Origin: Pseudobdellovibrionaceae bacterium | Lineage (GTDB): Bacteria > Bdellovibrionota > Bdellovibrionia > Bdellovibrionales > UBA1609 | DNA length: 64,000 nt | Direction: 5' to 3' | Assembly (NCBI GenBank): GCA_023954155.1 | Contig: JAMLIO010000001.1 | Span: 437,322 to 501,321, forward strand | In this document: positions 19,521 through 30,138 of the stretch, piece after piece | How the letters are laid out: each line of letters opens with the position of its first letter | Position numbering within the stretch: position 1 is the first letter of the stretch | Program-made: the position numbers and the translations under genes | Notes under the pieces: model-generated | Told to the model about the DNA's origin: nothing | Seen by the model: only the letters and a program-made list of their open reading frames with translations | The model's database searches: none

Positions 19521-20297
19521 TTATGTGAGTATGAGTGGCCGATCTGAATGAGGGTGGGACATTGTCTGGATAGGATAATTGAAGGCCTTAGTTAAAATCT
19601 CAGAAGTTAAGACTGTAGTGGGAGGACCAAAAGCCAGAACTTTGCCTTGATCTAAAATTAAAACTTTATCAGCATACTGGGATGTCAGATTGAGATCGTG
19701 CAAAATGGCAATGCAGGATAAGTTGTGTTGTGTGAGGTTTTTGACGAGTTTCAAACTGTGGTGCTGGTGTGAGATGTCTAAGCTGCTTGTGGGTTCATCC
19801 AAAAGTAAGAGCCTTGAATGTTTGACATGAGTAAGCTGCGCAAGAACGCGGGCAAAATGGACGCGTTGCTGTTCGCCCCCAGACAGAGTCAAATAATTTC
19901 TTCTTTCATAGCCTTTAAGGCCCACGTCCGCCAAGCAACGCTCTGCAATTTCAATGTCCAGTGTGCTTTCGGTTTGCCTTTGTTGGTGAGGGATTCTCCC
20001 TAATAAGACCACTTCTAAAACCTCATAAGCAAAATTCAGAGTTGTACTTTGTGGCAAAACGGCACGTCGCTGAGCCAGTGCTTTGATTTTATATTCGGAA
20101 ATATTTTTACCAAAGATTTCTATGTAAGATTTAGGATTAGAAATTTCCGTTGAGATGTGTTTAAGGAGTGTGCTTTTCCCCGCGCCATTACGACCTACGA
20201 TGACGATCAGTTCATTTGGACTCAGGCTAAAACGCACTTGAGACAGTAGGGTTTTGCCTTGGATTTGATATTCGGGAATATCCACTTTAAGTATCAT
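19521..20297 (-). CDS. hmuV: FecCD-type (heme/siderophore/B12 class) ABC transporter ATP-binding protein
   Basis: 258 aa with Walker A GRNGAGKST, the signature LSGGEQQRV and Walker B LLLLDEP. Confidence 0.85.
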   Translation of the reverse strand: MILKVDIPEYQIQGKTLLSQVRFSLSPNELIVIVGRNGAGKSTLLKHISTEISNPKSYIEIFGKNISEYKIKALAQRRAVLPQSTTLNFAYEVLEVVLLGRIPHQQRQTESTLDIEIAERCLADVGLKGYERRNYLTLSGGEQQRVHFARVLAQLTHVKHSRLLLLDEPTSSLDISHQHHSLKLVKNLTQHNLSCIAILHDLNLTSQYADKVLILDQGKVLAFGPPTTVLTSEILTKAFNYPIQTMSHPHSDRPLILT

Positions 20298-21358
20298 ATT
20301 CCCCCACCAAGCCTTCGATTTTTAAGTAATAGGTATAAAAAGAAAGGAGCTCCTGTAAGTGAAGTGACAATGCCGATGGGCAGTTCAGAAGGTGTAACTA
20401 CAGTGCGTGAAAATAAATCAGCTAGGACAAGGAGTGTGGCTCCTAAAAGTGCGGTGGCAGGGAGTAGCGTTTTGTGATTGGGGCCCAGCCATAGACGTAT
20501 AAGGTGAGGGACTACGAGACCCACAAAACCAATCATACCTGCTACAGCCACACTGGCTCCAACACCCATGCCTACCAGCACCACAAGTATGCACTTGACG
20601 GTTTCAACAGAGACTCCTAAGTGCTTGGCGGCATTCTCTCCAAGTAAAAGTGCATTTAAAGCGTTAGACCAAAAAGGAATAAGGAAAATACTAAGCAAAA
20701 TGAGTGGAGAGACACTGAGAATAGAAGACCAAGTTGCTCCTGCCAAAGAGCCCAATTGCCAGAAAGTAATAGTGCGCAACTGCTCATCTGTGGATAGATA
20801 TGTGAATAAACCTGTGCCCGATGTGCATAAGGCATTGATGGCAATCCCCGCCAGTAACATAGTAGCAATGTTTGTCGTGCCATTGTGCTGAGCCAGCATA
20901 TAAATAAGAGCAATGGTGATCACACTACCAATGAAGGCAGCAATGGGCAGGGTATAGATTCCAAAAATATTGACCCCCATGACCACAACACAAGCTACAG
21001 CTAAAGACGCCCCACTAGAAACACCCAGCAGACTTGGGCTGGCAAGAGGGTTGCGAAATAACCCTTGCATGGCTGCTCCCGATACAGCAAGACTTGCCCC
21101 CACAAGCATACCTAAAATTACACGAGGCAACCTAAGGGCTAAAAGTACGGCCTCTTGCTGAGGAGTAAAGTCAGTAAGAGGTGAAAGACCTAAGCCTTTC
21201 AAAAGTATTGAAATCACTTGCAGCGGTGAAATAGCCACGGCACCTATCCCTACCGACAAGACGACGGTCGTGATAAGTGCAGGGAAAAGAATAAACAAAT
21301 AACTCTTACGTCCTAGACTAGTTATTGTTATAAACCTCGTTGAAAAGTTTTGCAGCAA
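20294..21358 (-). CDS. hmuU: FecCD family ABC transporter permease
   Basis: 354 aa polytopic protein with the typical FecCD C-terminus GAPFFLYLL. It has a TTG start. Its 4-nt overlap with hmuV suggests coupling. Confidence 0.85.
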   Translation of the reverse strand: MLQNFSTRFITITSLGRKSYLFILFPALITTVVLSVGIGAVAISPLQVISILLKGLGLSPLTDFTPQQEAVLLALRLPRVILGMLVGASLAVSGAAMQGLFRNPLASPSLLGVSSGASLAVACVVVMGVNIFGIYTLPIAAFIGSVITIALIYMLAQHNGTTNIATMLLAGIAINALCTSGTGLFTYLSTDEQLRTITFWQLGSLAGATWSSILSVSPLILLSIFLIPFWSNALNALLLGENAAKHLGVSVETVKCILVVLVGMGVGASVAVAGMIGFVGLVVPHLIRLWLGPNHKTLLPATALLGATLLVLADLFSRTVVTPSELPIGIVTSLTGAPFFLYLLLKNRRLGGGI

Positions 21359-22205
21359 ACTCTGGGAAGCGCGGCCCTATCCATCTGACTGTGTTATCAA
21401 CAACAAACACATCTTTATTTTTTCCAGCAGGGGTGAGGCTGACTCCAGGCATTTTCAGTGCGCCTTCAAGTTTGCCTACAGCATCCAGCCCTCTTTGCAT
21501 CATAATGATAGAGTCTGGTGAGGCTTGAACCATGGCTTCGGCAGTAAGGGGTTTAACGCCAGTTGCAAAGTCGGCGGCATTTTGGGCACCGATCTGTTCA
21601 ATTAAAAAATGAGAGCCTGTTTGCTTTCCATAAATGCTGGCATCACTTGGGCTATGGGCATAGAGAAAAAACACTTTCTTTTTCTCTTTGACTGCGGCTG
21701 CTTTTTTGTTCAAGTCCTGGACCTGTTTGTTGATTTTTGCAATCAGGGCCTTGCCTTGTTTTTCTTGCCCTAGAACTTTGGCAATGATGGAGATGCGTCG
21801 CTCTAAACCTTTGTAACCGTCTTCGTACGAAGTTTGGAGGATCAGTGTTGGGACTTTTGCTGAACGCAGTTGTTCAGCACTGGCTTTAGGAAGTGAGTCT
21901 TCGGTGCTGATCACAAGATCAGGCTTAAGGCTGATCATGCCTTCCACACTAGGACGATAGGGATGACCAAGTTTGGTGATAGAATCCGCAGGAGGGAAAA
22001 ACAAGGCGCCATTATCAACACCAACCACAAGATCAGCCTTTCCAAGTTCATAAATGATTTCAAAGGTTGTGGAATTCAGAGCTATGATGCGTTTAGGATG
22101 AGTGATCTCCACTTTGACTCCATCAAAGCCTTTAATGGTTTTGGCATGGGCTATAGATGACAGCATTAAGAAAACACTCATAAAAATTAAAGAACATTTA
22201 CTCAC
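21318..22205 (-). CDS. hmuT: periplasmic substrate-binding protein of the FecCD-type transporter (hemin-binding-like)
   Basis: Signal peptide plus a class III PBP pattern. I prefer the GTG at 22205, 6 nt after AAGGAG, over the TTG at 22211 used by the track. Confidence 0.75.
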   Translation of the reverse strand: MSKCSLIFMSVFLMLSSIAHAKTIKGFDGVKVEITHPKRIIALNSTTFEIIYELGKADLVVGVDNGALFFPPADSITKLGHPYRPSVEGMISLKPDLVISTEDSLPKASAEQLRSAKVPTLILQTSYEDGYKGLERRISIIAKVLGQEKQGKALIAKINKQVQDLNKKAAAVKEKKKVFFLYAHSPSDASIYGKQTGSHFLIEQIGAQNAADFATGVKPLTAEAMVQASPDSIIMMQRGLDAVGKLEGALKMPGVSLTPAGKNKDVFVVDNTVRWIGPRFPEFAAKLFNEVYNNN

Positions 22206-22419
22206 GATCAACTCCTTGTGTGGGGTTTTCGGGGTACCCTAACATCAAGAAGCTTGGATCACTACAGTTGGGCCCATTTCTTTTGAAATCTGGTTTCATT
22301 TGAAAGCGTGATGATTGATGCGCTACGACTATGGTTCTAAGATTTCAGCACTCCAAGCGACCGTCCCGATAGAGACAGCCGCTTGACATTGAAGCATTAC
22401 GGCAGGAGTTTGTTCTTTC

Positions 22420-23238
22420 ATGTACGAATTATTGCTATTTGCCTTTTCGATATTTGCGGGGTTCATTGGTGCCATTCTTGGATTGGGTGGTGGGATTATT
22501 ATTGTTCCTACGCTGACGTTGTTGCTGCATGTGGATATTCGTTACGCCGTAGCAGCAAGTTTGATTTCTGTGATCGCTACGTCCTCAGGGGCGGCCTCTA
22601 ATTTTTTAAAAAGTAATTTGACCAATCTTCGTGTGGCCTCGTTTCTGGAAATGGGGACAGTGTTTGGGGCTATAACGGGCTTTCTGATTACAAGTTATGT
22701 GAACGCCTCTTTTTTATATTTTTTGTTTGCAGGATTTTTAATTTTTTCATCCTTAATGATGCTACGTCAAAGGCATGATCGCGTGGCCACCCACAATCAC
22801 CCTTGGTCTGACAAATTGGGTTTTGCAAGTCAGTACCCTGATAAAGCAGGCCGACTGATTGATTATAAAGTGGAGAAAGTCTTTTGGGGTCTGTTTTTAA
22901 TGTATTTTGCGGGGATACTTTCGGCTTTGTTAGGAATTGGCAGTGGTGTTCTTAAGGTGCTAGCTATGGACAATGCTATGAAGCTTCCTATTAAAGTGTC
23001 TTCAGCCACTTCCAACTTTATGATTGGGGTGACGGCAGTAGCAAGTGCTAGTGCGTACTTTGTTAAGGGTGATGTTCACCCCCCACTTGTGATTCCAGTG
23101 GCCTTGGGCATTATTATAGGTTCATGGTGTGGAGCAAGGACCATGAAGAAGATGGAATCTTCGACAATCAGAATTATTTTTATAGTGATTATGTTTATTG
23201 TTTCGATCCAGATGATTTATAAAGGGTTACAGTCATGA
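22420..23238 (+). CDS. TauE/SafE (DUF81, TSUP) family anion exporter
   Basis: 272 aa with GFIGAILGLGGGIIIVP and a repeated 4-TM architecture. Confidence 0.85.
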   Translation: MYELLLFAFSIFAGFIGAILGLGGGIIIVPTLTLLLHVDIRYAVAASLISVIATSSGAASNFLKSNLTNLRVASFLEMGTVFGAITGFLITSYVNASFLYFLFAGFLIFSSLMMLRQRHDRVATHNHPWSDKLGFASQYPDKAGRLIDYKVEKVFWGLFLMYFAGILSALLGIGSGVLKVLAMDNAMKLPIKVSSATSNFMIGVTAVASASAYFVKGDVHPPLVIPVALGIIIGSWCGARTMKKMESSTIRIIFIVIMFIVSIQMIYKGLQS

Positions 23239-23594
23239 ATGATAAGAGCTTTAACCTTATAATTTCAAATTTATTTCGCTATGGGATCAGGATGGTGGGA
23301 GTTCTGCTTATTATAGGTTGGGTGAGCAGTATCAATTTTACAGAAAATGTTTTTCTTCAGTATCAGACCTACCAACAAAGCAACCTCATTCATGATTTAA
23401 GTAAAGCGTGGATGGCTGAAAAGTGGGGTATGATACTCGCCTATTTGGGCCTAGCTATTTTAATATGTTTGCCTGCCTTAAGAGTGGTGTTTACAACGGT
23501 GCTCTTTGCGCGAAGAAAAGAATATAAGATGGTGGGCGTTACATTATTGGTCCTATTTGGGTTGATTCTGAGTGTGCTTACAGGAATACTATAG
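23235..23594 (+). CDS. small membrane protein, DUF1634-like
   Basis: 119 aa with 3-4 TM helices and a 4-nt overlap with the TauE gene. DUF1634 commonly follows DUF81 genes. This is a family-level guess. Confidence 0.6.
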   Translation: MNDKSFNLIISNLFRYGIRMVGVLLIIGWVSSINFTENVFLQYQTYQQSNLIHDLSKAWMAEKWGMILAYLGLAILICLPALRVVFTTVLFARRKEYKMVGVTLLVLFGLILSVLTGIL

Positions 23595-23597
23595 GAT

Positions 23598-25316
23598 ATG
23601 TTAATTTCATTCTTGATTGTGATGGCGATACGGATTGCAATCCCTTGGCTAAACCTGGGGGGGTGGACCTCGCTAGTATTAGACATTGCAGTCCTTAGAG
23701 CTGTGTGGTCTGTTTTTGAAGCCCGACACTTCATAAGGGTTTTAAGAGAATGGAGCTTTCTAAGAGTTCGTGATCATAGACAGGTCCAAAAACGCTTCAC
23801 TTTGGATATTATTGTATCAGGTTTAAAAATCACATCTCTATTTTTTGTTGCACTATGGTTCTCAAGATGGATCATTGGTTATAAAAATGTTTTATATTTC
23901 CCAATTGATCCTCAAGATCTGACCCATTTAGACGTATTTATTTTTTGTCAAACTACAGCATTGATCCTAGAAGCGGGTTATATTAGAAGGCTGTTACTGC
24001 GTTCAAATATGACTATAGGGAGACAAATTTTATTACAGTATGGTGTGGCGATACTCATTGCCACGCCTCTTCTATTGATGCCATTTTCTTTAAACCCAGG
24101 AGAGGAACTGTCTCTTATTGATGCTGCCTTTGTGGCAGTTTCAGCAATATCTGTAACAGGATTAAGTCCCATTGATATCGGCTCAGTTTTTTCACAAACT
24201 GGCCTTATGATCATTTTGGCTTTGATTCAACTTGGGGGTCTTGGGATCATTTTGGTTATTGCGGGATTTTCTATTGCGCGCTTTGGTCGAATGTCTATGA
24301 ATACAATTTTAATGGGACAAGAAATGTACGGGTCAAGAGTAGGGGATGTGCCCAGATTTCTTGGACGTGTCGTTATGTTGACATTCGTTGTTGAGGCTAT
24401 AGGATTTTTGTTGCTCTATTTATGTTTGCCTAGTGACGCTTCAAATAGATTTTTTACTGCGTTATTTCATTCCGTTTCAGCGTTTTGTAATGCGGGGATA
24501 TCTACTTTTCCTTCAGGATTACAAGACAGCCCATTTCATTTCTCAGCCTTAGCTGTGGTGTGTTTGTTGATTATTATTGGCGGGATGGGCTTCCCCATTC
24601 TTTTAGACATCTTGTCAATTATGCGTTCCCCTAAGAAAGGGATTGGGCATTTAAGTGCGTACACAAAGCTTACGCTCACAGTAATGGGAATTTTATTGGT
24701 GATGGGCTCAGTGCTCTTTTTTGCTTTTGAAACGGCAAGACCTGATGAGCAAATAGGTTTTTTCTCTCGATTAGGTTATTCGATTTTTTATAGTGTTAGT
24801 AGTAGAACGGCGGGCTTTGGTGTGGCACCAACAGATGCGTTGCATGCTTCATCCCTGTTCTTTTTATCATTTTTAATGTTATTAGGCGCTAATCCTTCTT
24901 CAACAGGGTCGGGAATCAAAACTACCACGGTGGGGGTTTTGTTTTTGGCAATTTACAATAGTATCCTTGGGAAAAATCAAGTCGTATTTGCGGGACGAGC
25001 CATTCCTGCCACGGTGGTTTCCAGAGCCTTGACTGTGGTGGCTCTTCATATTTTTGTGGCGTGTACAGCACTAGTGGTCTTGGTTTTAGTCGAACCTCTG
25101 CCCATAGGACCACTGGCTTTTGAGGTGATATCGGCACTTTCTACGGTTGGGTTTTCTATGGGAATTACGCCAGAACTTTCAGTATTTGGAAAAATTGTTG
25201 TTATAACGTTAATGTTGGCGGGACGATTTGGGATTTTGGCGGTTCTGCTTATGAGTATTGGAAGTCCTGCGAATGTTAAGGTTCGCTATCCTGAAGACGA
25301 ATTTTTTGTGGGTTAA
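23598..25316 (+). CDS. trkH: TrkH/KtrB family potassium uptake membrane subunit (with about 130-aa N-terminal extension)
   Basis: 572 aa with repeated pore-loop motifs (SAISVTGLS, FCNAGIS, SSRTAGFG, LSTVGFSMG). The start is uncertain. Confidence 0.85.
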   Translation: MLISFLIVMAIRIAIPWLNLGGWTSLVLDIAVLRAVWSVFEARHFIRVLREWSFLRVRDHRQVQKRFTLDIIVSGLKITSLFFVALWFSRWIIGYKNVLYFPIDPQDLTHLDVFIFCQTTALILEAGYIRRLLLRSNMTIGRQILLQYGVAILIATPLLLMPFSLNPGEELSLIDAAFVAVSAISVTGLSPIDIGSVFSQTGLMIILALIQLGGLGIILVIAGFSIARFGRMSMNTILMGQEMYGSRVGDVPRFLGRVVMLTFVVEAIGFLLLYLCLPSDASNRFFTALFHSVSAFCNAGISTFPSGLQDSPFHFSALAVVCLLIIIGGMGFPILLDILSIMRSPKKGIGHLSAYTKLTLTVMGILLVMGSVLFFAFETARPDEQIGFFSRLGYSIFYSVSSRTAGFGVAPTDALHASSLFFLSFLMLLGANPSSTGSGIKTTTVGVLFLAIYNSILGKNQVVFAGRAIPATVVSRALTVVALHIFVACTALVVLVLVEPLPIGPLAFEVISALSTVGFSMGITPELSVFGKIVVITLMLAGRFGILAVLLMSIGSPANVKVRYPEDEFFVG

Positions 25317-25357
25317 AAGTATATTGGTCAACGAATATGCCAAGTGTGAGGTATAAA

Positions 25358-26014
25358 ATGAAAGAAAGAGTTTTGGTTATTGGTATTGGACGTTTGGGCT
25401 CGTCACTCGTGAGGAACCTGTATGATACGGGAGCGGAAGTGATCGCACTAGATACAGATCTAGAAAATATTAACTCTGTAAAAAGTAAATCTCACTTAGC
25501 TATACAGGGAGACGGAACCGATATTGAAGTGCTCAGAGAAATTGGAGCAAGCACAGTGGATATGGCGATCGTAAGTATTGGTGAAGACTTTGAGGCTTCC
25601 GCTATGACCCTTACAAATTTAATTGAACTGAATGTGAAAAGAGTGGCTGTGCGTGCTCCGACCACAAGGCTTGCGCGCATCTATCAAAGCATAGGGGCCC
25701 ATGAGGTGTTTTATGTTGAAGAAGATATGGGTAAGATTTTGTCTCTGCGTTTTATGCGTCCTTCCATTAAACATGAAATGGATTTGGGATTTGGATTAAA
25801 AATGGTGGAATGGAGCCCAGGCAAGTGGACGCATGGTAAGACTCTGGCTGAACTCAAGCTTCCTACAAAATTCAAAATTCAAGTAGTGGGCTTTAGAGAC
25901 CCTGTAAACCCAAAAGAAATCCTAATGCCTACGCCTGACTACGTTATTAAAGGCGAAATACTTGCGTTGATTCTTGGACATGATAGAGATATTCAGAAGC
26001 TTTTAGAGCAATAA
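25358..26014 (+). CDS. trkA: TrkA/KtrA potassium uptake NAD-binding subunit
   Basis: Rossmann motif VIGIGRLGSSL plus a C-terminal TrkA_C region. The ATG at 25358 follows a gaggt RBS. Confidence 0.85.
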   Translation: MKERVLVIGIGRLGSSLVRNLYDTGAEVIALDTDLENINSVKSKSHLAIQGDGTDIEVLREIGASTVDMAIVSIGEDFEASAMTLTNLIELNVKRVAVRAPTTRLARIYQSIGAHEVFYVEEDMGKILSLRFMRPSIKHEMDLGFGLKMVEWSPGKWTHGKTLAELKLPTKFKIQVVGFRDPVNPKEILMPTPDYVIKGEILALILGHDRDIQKLLEQ

Positions 26015-26035
26015 TCTAATAAGCGGGGGGTATTT

Positions 26036-26368
26036 ATGAAGGTGATGAGTCGCTTGTTCCCAATGGTCGTGTTGAACGTTTTGATGTGTATCGGTTTTGC
26101 TCATGCTGGTGTGTTTTCTGAGATTGATATTTTAGTCAGAGAGGCCGCTATTGCTGAGGTTCAGAGTCAGTACACTGAGCTACAATTAGATCGCGCCTTT
26201 TATGACATCACCTATGAGGTGGCGCAAGATTCTTTGCCAGGCTGTCATTTTACATTGCTAGGTGAAATGTCTTTAGCAACAGATATGTATGAGTTCACGG
26301 CCTGCGTGGTGGCTCATAGTAAATCAGATATTGTGGTGACAATTATAAACTTGCAACAAAGGAACTAA
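26036..26368 (+). CDS. hypothetical secreted protein
   Basis: 110 aa with an N-terminal signal peptide (...CIGFAHA). I recognise no family. Confidence 0.5.
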   Translation: MKVMSRLFPMVVLNVLMCIGFAHAGVFSEIDILVREAAIAEVQSQYTELQLDRAFYDITYEVAQDSLPGCHFTLLGEMSLATDMYEFTACVVAHSKSDIVVTIINLQQRN

Positions 26369-26370
26369 AA

Positions 26371-27117
26371 ATGAGTCGCATTCATTTTTTTATCGCATCA
26401 AATATAGTTATGATTATTCTTGCTGTAACCATGGTGTCTCACCAGAGCCATGCGGCCCAAGAGAGGTCTGTCTCTGTTCAAGGAACTTGTCTGCGTTCGG
26501 CTCAACCCAATCGTGCTAGCATTACATTTTATGCAGAATCTTTAAATAAAGATGCGCAGGCGGCTCTCAAAGATGCGGTCAAAAATTTTCAAGCCGCAAG
26601 AGCTGAGATTCAAAAGTTACAACTTAAAAACCTAGAACTCGAAACTGTAGAAAACACGGTTTATGAAGAAAAAGTTTGGGAGAACAACAAGCACGTATTT
26701 AAAGGTTATAAGGCCAGAGTCGGTTTAAAAGTTGTAACCCAAGACATTAGTAAAATTGGTGAAGTGATCGCTGTTGTAGCAAAAAAAGGGATCAGTAACA
26801 TTGGACAACTGGTGACAGATATGTCGCCTGCAAAAAAGAAAGCCGAGCAAGAAGCTTGTCTTGAGCAAGCCATTGCAAATGCTAAGTCTAAGGCCGCTCG
26901 AATGGCCAAAGCAGCAGGCGCAAAAGTAGGAAAAGTGATTAGTATCGTAGAAGGTTATGAACAGCGCGGATTTGAACCACGTCCTATTGCCTATGCAGAT
27001 AGCTCAAGAAGTGCTATGGTCAGCTCTATGGCAGCACCAGAGTCTTCGATACCGTCGATTGATGTTCGAGCTCAAGACATTTCTATGAGTGTCAGTGTTA
27101 TGTTTGCCTTGGAGTAA
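26371..27117 (+). CDS. SIMPL (DUF541) domain periplasmic protein
   Basis: 248 aa with a signal peptide and a pattern typical of SIMPL/26-kDa periplasmic immunogenic proteins. Confidence 0.7.
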   Translation: MSRIHFFIASNIVMIILAVTMVSHQSHAAQERSVSVQGTCLRSAQPNRASITFYAESLNKDAQAALKDAVKNFQAARAEIQKLQLKNLELETVENTVYEEKVWENNKHVFKGYKARVGLKVVTQDISKIGEVIAVVAKKGISNIGQLVTDMSPAKKKAEQEACLEQAIANAKSKAARMAKAAGAKVGKVISIVEGYEQRGFEPRPIAYADSSRSAMVSSMAAPESSIPSIDVRAQDISMSVSVMFALE

Positions 27118-27119
27118 AA

Positions 27120-28076
27120 ATGCCACATCTTTATCCTAAAATCGAACCGTTTAAAACAGAACGAATCCAAGTCTCTGATTTGCATGAAATTTATATGGAG
27201 CAGGTAGGTAACCCTAAGGGACAACCAGTTATCTTTTTGCATGGTGGACCTGGAGGAGGCTTACATCCTGATTATCGCCGCTATTTTGATCCCGACTATT
27301 ACCGAGTGATCTTGTTTGATCAAAGGGGCTCGGGGCAAAGCACGCCCCATGCTGAATTGAAAGAAAATACAACATGGGATTTGGTTGCCGATATTGAAGT
27401 GATCAGAAAGCATCTTGATATTGATAAATGGATTGTATTTGGTGGAAGTTGGGGATCGACGTTGTCCCTTTCCTATGCGGTAGAGCATCCAGACCGTGTT
27501 GAAAACTTGGTATTACGTGGAATTTTCATGTGTCGCCCTAAAGAGATTCAGTGGTTCTATCAAAAAGGAACAAGTTTTATGTTCCCAGATTTATGGCAGA
27601 AGTACGAAGAGATCATTGAACCCGCAAAGCGCACCAATATGGTCAAAGCTTATTATGAACTATTAACCCATCAAAGCTCCGAGGTTCGTTTAGAAGCGGC
27701 CAAAAGATGGAGTCAGTGGGAAGCGGGAACATCGCACTTGTATTATGACCAAGATGCGGTGGATGACTATGGTGATCCACATAAGGCTCTCGCTTTTGCG
27801 CGCATTGAATGCCATTACTTTATGAACGATGCCTTTTTTCCTTACGATAATTTTTTACTGGCACAAGCTGAAAAGTTTAAGCATATCAAAGGCTGGATTG
27901 TGCAAGGACGTTATGATGTAGTTTGTCCTCCTACCAGTGCATGGGAACTGCACCAGGTTTGGCCGAACTCAGAACTTGTGATGATTCCAGATGCAGGGCA
28001 CTCTATGTCTGAACCAGGTATCCAAAAAAAATTAGTTGAAATCATGGATGGACTAAGAAAGTCAGAAGCTCTTTAA
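27120..28076 (+). CDS. pip: proline iminopeptidase
   Basis: 318 aa with LHGGPGGG, the nucleophile elbow GGSWGSTL, and a C-terminal GHS motif. Confidence 0.92.
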   Translation: MPHLYPKIEPFKTERIQVSDLHEIYMEQVGNPKGQPVIFLHGGPGGGLHPDYRRYFDPDYYRVILFDQRGSGQSTPHAELKENTTWDLVADIEVIRKHLDIDKWIVFGGSWGSTLSLSYAVEHPDRVENLVLRGIFMCRPKEIQWFYQKGTSFMFPDLWQKYEEIIEPAKRTNMVKAYYELLTHQSSEVRLEAAKRWSQWEAGTSHLYYDQDAVDDYGDPHKALAFARIECHYFMNDAFFPYDNFLLAQAEKFKHIKGWIVQGRYDVVCPPTSAWELHQVWPNSELVMIPDAGHSMSEPGIQKKLVEIMDGLRKSEAL

Positions 28077-29044
28077 AAGAAAAGGTTCAGACCAATTTGT
28101 CCATAAAAGCTGTCTTCTAGACTTGTAGGATTTTTAGGTTTCCAAGAATAGCTTTCGGCGATAAAAAATTGTCGATGAAACGCATAGCCAAACTCTGCAT
28201 CTAGCATAAGATTTTTAAGTAAGGGAGCCTTGAGTCCCACAAAAGCTTTGTGCTCTTCGTGAAAGAGTCGTTCTTTATTATTAGTCCTTCCGTATTGAAA
28301 GTAAGACTGCTGGGATAAATCCACGCCTGCGTACACTCTAAACGGTCCCATAATATGATAAAAGATTTGGCCTTTAAAAATCCATGGGACCACAGCAAAA
28401 ATACTAGTGCTCCACTTCGGAGCAAACTTCCAATAGATAGAAGCAAAAGGAGCTCCAAATGTTCCGATAAAATCTTGGCTATAAATGTAAGTATAAGCAA
28501 AGAAGGGAAGAGGAATATTATTCAGAATAGGTCGGTTATTAGAATAGTTGAGCAAAAGCGTCCACCGTCCTTTGGGACCGTAAGCAAAACTATAAATGGC
28601 ATTAAGATTAAGTGTGTTTACGGAAGAGTCTTTGAAAGGCTTGTCAGATTTTGTTCCATAGCCACCGTAAAAGCTCAGTTGACGGGTTTCAGAAACTTTC
28701 TGTGAATACGTGAAGCCAAACTCAGAATCATACAGGTCAGTGATCCCTGTAGTATTTGGAGTCACATTTAAGTGAGAGTATTTGGTGGTAAATTTAAGAT
28801 TAGAGCCTTCATTTTTATAGAGAGTAAATAACCCAAATGCGGTTCCATATTCGCTGCGATCTTGGTTGTAACGTTCACCACTAAGTTTGATCTGGTGTCT
28901 TCCAGGAGTAGGGGCTCCTAGGTTGCCTAGATCTGAGAGGCTAAACCCATAAGCTGAGTGGGGAATCAGAGATATTCCTAGAGCCAGACAAAATATAAGT
29001 GCAGCCATCGGGTTTGAAAAATGAATGAAGCAAAGACGTGTCAT
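28073..29044 (-). CDS. hypothetical outer-membrane beta-barrel-like protein
   Basis: 323 aa with a signal peptide, alternating aromatic/hydrophilic strands and a C-terminal ...GLNLFF. Confidence 0.5.
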   Translation of the reverse strand: MTRLCFIHFSNPMAALIFCLALGISLIPHSAYGFSLSDLGNLGAPTPGRHQIKLSGERYNQDRSEYGTAFGLFTLYKNEGSNLKFTTKYSHLNVTPNTTGITDLYDSEFGFTYSQKVSETRQLSFYGGYGTKSDKPFKDSSVNTLNLNAIYSFAYGPKGRWTLLLNYSNNRPILNNIPLPFFAYTYIYSQDFIGTFGAPFASIYWKFAPKWSTSIFAVVPWIFKGQIFYHIMGPFRVYAGVDLSQQSYFQYGRTNNKERLFHEEHKAFVGLKAPLLKNLMLDAEFGYAFHRQFFIAESYSWKPKNPTSLEDSFYGQIGLNLFF

Positions 29045-29172
29045 TCAATTAGATTAGCAATGATTTGAATAAAAAGAAGTATAAAATGTGAAGGTCAAGT
29101 TTTTGGGATAAAGCATGTAATCACATTCAAAGAGCGATATTCATTTATTGTGAATTGAGTTAAGGTGAACTT

Positions 29173-29991
29173 ATGGAAGTATTAAAAAGTCATAAGTGTT
29201 TTAATGGGGAGGTTTTCTTTTGGAAGCACACCTCTCAAGTGACGCAGACACAGATGAAGTTCTCGGGTTTTATTCCGTCTAAGCCTCAGGCTGCGATCAT
29301 TTGGCTTTCAGGACTTACTTGCAATGAAGAAAATTTTATCACTAAGGCAGGTTCGCAAAAATACTTATCTCAACAACAGCTGGCTATTTTCTGCCCAGAC
29401 ACCTCTCCACGAGGTTTAAATTTACCCGAAGAGCATTCCTCTATTGAGTTTGGGAGTGGCGCGGGGTTTTATGTGGACGCACTGGTGGACCAGTATCGTG
29501 ACCATTACAAGATGTATTCTTATATTTCAGAAGAGTTTTATTCTTTGGTGCAAAATGAATTTGGATTTAATCAAAACATATCATTGATGGGACATTCTAT
29601 GGGAGGGCATGGGGCCTTAGTGATTGGTCTTCGAAATCCAGAAAAGTTCAACTCCATTTCTGTATTTGCTCCTATAGCCAACCCATCACAGACCCATGGT
29701 AAAATTTTAGAAAGATATCTTGGAGGAGATGAGGCTTTATGGAGAGGGTATGATGCGTGCGAGCTATTGACCGCAGGTTTTGGCCACCGTAACCCGATTC
29801 TGGTGGATCAGGGTTTGGCTGACGAGCTTTTGCCTGAACGACTTTTAACCTCAAGATTAGAAAAGGCCTTACAGGATGCGGGACAAGCTTATGACATGCG
29901 CTATCGGCCAGATTATGATCACTCTTACTACTATATCTCCACGTTCATTCATGAACATATAGAGTTCCATAAGAAGTATTTGAATAGATAA
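29173..29991 (+). CDS. frmB: S-formylglutathione hydrolase (esterase D family)
   Basis: 272 aa with a KCFNGEV...W.H N-terminus and the GHSMGGHGAL nucleophile motif. Confidence 0.9.
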   Translation: MEVLKSHKCFNGEVFFWKHTSQVTQTQMKFSGFIPSKPQAAIIWLSGLTCNEENFITKAGSQKYLSQQQLAIFCPDTSPRGLNLPEEHSSIEFGSGAGFYVDALVDQYRDHYKMYSYISEEFYSLVQNEFGFNQNISLMGHSMGGHGALVIGLRNPEKFNSISVFAPIANPSQTHGKILERYLGGDEALWRGYDACELLTAGFGHRNPILVDQGLADELLPERLLTSRLEKALQDAGQAYDMRYRPDYDHSYYYISTFIHEHIEFHKKYLNR

Positions 29992-30138
29992 ATGAAAACT
30001 TGTTTTAAACCCCGTTCAGTGGCCTTCAGACACACCTGCGGGGGGGTCTGAAGTAGAGGGTTTCATCTTCTTTGGTTACTTATATTAGGGTTGGCGTCTT
30101 CTTTTGAGCGGGCATCTAAGTAAAATAGATGATCTAGT

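Noticed and set aside
22212-22419. Fur box or B12 riboswitch in the hmuT/TauE divergent region.
   Set aside because: I found only weak AT-rich partial palindromes (tgatgattgatg, TGAAAtctggTTTCA). There is no convincing 19-bp Fur consensus and no B12 box.
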